A stretch of 64,000 bases of DNA, taken from assembly GCA_963799775.1 (NCBI GenBank), contig CAWCYD010000002.1, forward strand, positions 128,001 through 192,000. Direction: 5' to 3'. Origin of the DNA: an uncultured archaeon. Its GTDB lineage: Archaea > Thermoproteota > Nitrososphaeria > Nitrososphaerales > Gagatemarchaeaceae. This document shows positions 60,540-64,000 of the stretch, one piece after another. A program made the position numbers and the translations under genes. Every line of letters begins with the position of its first letter. The stretch's first letter is position 1. The notes under the pieces are model-generated. The model was not told the origin of the DNA, made no database searches, and saw only the letters and a list, made by a program, of their open reading frames with translations.

Positions 60540-63439
60540 TTGCAAGAAGGCCCCCCAGTGGTGGGCGAAGACGAGCCCAGGTATCCGGTCTCATTCGGCC
60601 CCAGGGTTGTCTGGCTCCTCATCGCGCTGCTTGTGATAGTCGTGGGGCTCTTCGCAGCATGGACATACCTCACCTGGTCTATAGCCCAGCACGTCTACTC
60701 GACAAAGGCAGACCTGAGCTGGTTCGGCATCACGTTCTACCACGGCTACACGTTCCTCGTGGGCGGGCTCCTAGCGCTGCTCGTCGTGAACCCCAAGGTG
60801 GGGAAGAGCGACGTGGCCTCGCTGGTCACGCTGATGTCGCGGATGAACCTCCCAATACGGGGACGAGTTCCAGCGCCCCATCGCCCAGCTCAAGCCGGGG
60901 GTCTGGGTCTGGGGCCTCTGGCAGTTCGTGAAGTGGGCCCTGCTCTTCGGCTTCTTCGTGGTCAACGGGAGCTTCCCGACGCTCGGCCCTGTGATGAATT
61001 CCGTCGCGATGCTCACCCAGGGGATAGGCAGCTGGGCCCAGGTGCCCGCTGCTCCTTCTCCCTCTGCTTCCGGCGTCAGGCAACGAGCTGATCCAGCTGA
61101 TGCCCACAATGGAGGTGCAGTACTTCGTCTTCTACTACGTTGTCTCGGCGATCCTGACCGTCTTCGTCCTGAGGATGGTCCTGCGGCTCCTCAAGAACCT
61201 GACGACGCGGGGCAGCAACATCTGGACTAGGAACATCCTCGCGGTAGTGGCTGCGGTCTCGCTCGCGGTATTGCTCGGAGGGCCGTACTGGTACATGACC
61301 GCAGCGACCCCCTACGTCTACGGACTAGGGCTGGTCGTCCTCGCCTCGGTCCTGTTCGGCTACTCCTACTTCGGGAAGAGGAGAGAGTCGCTCTTCCCAA
61401 ACCGCGGCCTCTACAGGCTGGGGGCGATAGCCCTCGTGGTCCTCCTCGTGATTCAAGCCGGGTCGCTGGCCTTTCTCTACCTGAACTGGAACAACAACTA
61501 CGTTCCGTACCAGTTCGACCCCGGAGTTCAGAAGCAGATCACGGTGACCAGGTGGTCCGCAGGGATCGGGAACATCACGCAGGGGAGCGTCACGAACCTC
61601 CCGACGAGCAACTCCACCACCATCCTCAACGTCGTCAGGCAGTGGGACCAGACGGCCGCCAACGTCACCAACACCAAGGCGATAGGGGCCTACAACTGGA
61701 TGGCCCTCGGGAGTTCCGAGATAGTCTACCTCAACAACACAGAGTACTGGGTCTCCCCGACCACGGTCAAGTACCCGGCAAGCGACTGGATCAGCGAGCA
61801 CCTGATCTACACCCACGCCTCCAAGATCCTCCTGATCAACACCTTCAACGGCTCCGAGATCCCTGTGACCAAGGCCTACGGGGTCCCCTCGGAGCCTCCG
61901 ATCTACTATGGCGAGGGTTCCGGGTTTCTGAACGACGTGTACGTCCGCGTTCCCGGATACAGTGAGATAGGCAACGCCAACTACACGGGCGCTCCGGACT
62001 ACCAGTTGTCGGGCTGGCAGAAGGCCATGTGGATGACGTTCTCCGAGGGACAGATCGGTTTCGCCTTCAACGGGAACAACATGCAGATGCTCTGGAACAG
62101 GAACATCTTCAACAGGGTCCAGTCTGTCTTGATCCCGGGCCTCGTCGACGGCCCCGCGGCCTACCTCGCCTCGGACGGAAAGAACGTCTACTACGTCGTC
62201 CAGGTATACATCGAGTACCCGCTCCAATCAGGGTTCTCCGCGAGCCCCTACCTCCGGTTCTTCGGGGTTGCGCTTGTCAACGTGGCGGACGGGAGCATGA
62301 ACTTTTACAACGTCTCGAACCTCGTGGGCACGCAGCCCTCGGACTTTATCACCCAGTTCTACTCCACGTATTACAGCGCCTGGCAGAGCCCGCCCTCTTG
62401 GCTGATACCCCAGCTCAGATACCCAGAGCAGCTTCTCGGCACGCAGACCAACCCCGGGCAGCTCGACGTCGACTTCCAGTTCCACGTGAGCGACCCCTTC
62501 ATCTGGCGCTCAGGCTCCCAGTTCTACCAGAGGCCGACGACGAACTCCTCGAGCGGAGAGATCCAATCGGTCGGTGTCCAGTACATCCCGTGGGCCGTGG
62601 GCAACAAGACATACTTCGCCGCCACCCAGCTGGTCCACTACCTCAACGCCCCCAGCCAGAACCTGGCCGGGATGTATATCGCATACGGGGGAGACAGGCT
62701 CGGACAGATCTACGTCTACCAAAACCCGTCGAGCTCGACCACGATCATCGGCCCTTCGGCCGCCCAGAACGCGCTCACGACGAACCAGCAGGTAAGGACC
62801 GAGCTCACCCTCCTGCCCAACTATCGGTTCGGCTCATACCTCCTCTACTCTGTGGGAGGAGTGCTCACGTATTTCGTGGCCGTCTACACCAACCCCGGGA
62901 GCTCCGGAGTGGTCACCCAGCTTCCGTTCATGACCGCTGTCAACCCAATCACCGACCAGGTCGCCGTGGGCGCCAACGCGACGGCGGCCTACAAGAACCT
63001 GCTAGCGCTCGAGGGTGGCGCGCCGCCTCCCAACAGCGGAGCGGGGACGATCGGCACAACCGGGTCCACCTCGACGACCACGAGCACCACTAACTCGGTG
63101 ACCACCGGGACGTCGATCACTCTGAGCGGTTCACCTCTAAGCGGAAACCAGGCGCTCATATCCGGAATTGCCAGCCTCGCGGCTGCGGCGAATCTAAGCG
63201 TCGTGAACGCGACCACGGTCAGTCCAAACGTCTTCCTCAGGACGGCGACTGTGTCGGTTGCCAGCTCGGGCGTGAACGGAGCCCTCTCGCAGGTTAACAG
63301 CCTGATCCAGAGTCACGGGCCGGGGAGCGCCGGGGCCTCGCTCTACGTGTGGACGGACAGCGCAGGAGCCTTGAACGTGGGGATATTCCAGTTGAAGGGC
63401 GGCGTGACCGACCTCTACTACGTCAGCATAACGCAATAG
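60540..63439 (+). CDS. UPF0182 family membrane protein (indels in N-terminal region)
   Basis: VRQWD, WISEHLIYTH, PPIYYGE, RNIFNRV, AYLASDG, LRYPEQL, FHVSDP; Thr-rich linker plus extra C-terminal domain. Confidence 0.85.
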
Positions 63440-63479
63440 ACTCCGGATCTTCTGAGTTTGCCCCGACGGCCCTCGGTGT

Positions 63480-63794
63480 TCACCGGCTTGCTATGACGAG
63501 GACCGCTGTCGCAAGTATCACGAGGACCGCTAGGACGACGAACCTCAGTATCCCGTTCCTCTCCCAGATCACAATAGTGGCGTTCAACTGAGAGAAAGCA
63601 TTTGGTGAGTTGAGCATCATAGCCAGTTGTAGGGCCTCCTCGTAGACGAACTTCCCGCCGTCGACCTTGACCATCCCGTCCGGAGAGAGAGCGAACTTGT
63701 GACCCTTTATCGCAAGCGGGAACCGCGACCCCGTCCTGAACCACATCTGGAACTGCTCTTTTGCGCTCACGAGACGAGGCTCATCGCCCCTCAT
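63480..63794 (-). CDS. hypothetical protein with C-terminal TM anchor
   Basis: ATG at 63794; ends ILRFVVLAVLVILATAVLVIASR. Confidence 0.6.
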   Translation of the reverse strand: MRGDEPRLVSAKEQFQMWFRTGSRFPLAIKGHKFALSPDGMVKVDGGKFVYEEALQLAMMLNSPNAFSQLNATIVIWERNGILRFVVLAVLVILATAVLVIASR

Positions 63795-64000
63795 CAAATA
63801 CTTTTTTGCAGAGTCTTCCTGCCCGGATCTCGGCTCAAAACCCGGCGTTCTGCGGGCTGAGCTGATTGCGGTTCTTTCTGGCGGCGATTCTCTAGAGATT
63901 TGGGAATAATCTCGGAAATCCACTATATAGTCAAACAGCCTCAATGAGATTCCAGGTCAGAAAGAGATGTCACGCGTCAATACGGCGGTGCGCCTGGACG

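Noticed and set aside
3793-63439. About 30 genes split by 1-nt indels: mass pseudogenisation or programmed frameshifting?
   Set aside because: The breaks hit essential genes (cca, rnz, prs), often at short homopolymers, with motifs intact on both sides and no shared slippery motif. Uncorrected long-read error is the simplest explanation; read polishing would settle it.

Overview
GC-rich archaeal chromosomal segment. Evidence for Archaea: BHB-intron tRNAs, archaeal CCA enzyme, GPN GTPase, Trm11, and TATA boxes about 25 nt before start codons. It is most consistent with a heterotrophic, non-ammonia-oxidising Nitrososphaerota/Thaumarchaeota-type MAG (inference). Core content: acyl-CoA metabolism (hbd, crt, thioesterase, PduO, prpBCD, MeaB, a split B12 mutase with isobutyryl-CoA-mutase signature residues), pntAB, amt, pgk, dapAB, and an RNA-processing cluster (RIO-like kinase, CCA, ThpR, RNase Z, Trm11, Prs). 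Reading the DNA directly adds several features absent from the ORF track. These are tRNA-Ser(TGA) with two non-canonical introns, tRNA-Pro(GGG) with a canonical intron, a degenerate tRNA-like remnant, a 56-aa CC1/DUF5679-like basic protein and a 39-aa C2H2 zinc finger. The strongest candidates for something undescribed are three. (1) Integrase-less 1-2 gene cassettes bounded by copies of tRNA 3' ends, at 27.4-27.9 kb and 44.3-46.4 kb. (2) A lower-GC two-gene surface module: a secreted tail-protein-like subunit plus a membrane-anchored 22-aa repeat stalk. (3) An ICM-type mutase cluster containing a catalytically degenerate biotin-ligase fold. Roughly 30 genes, including essential ones, carry 1-nt indels. 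These are most likely long-read assembly errors, so many coordinates are approximate joins. All family calls come from motif recognition, not database searches.
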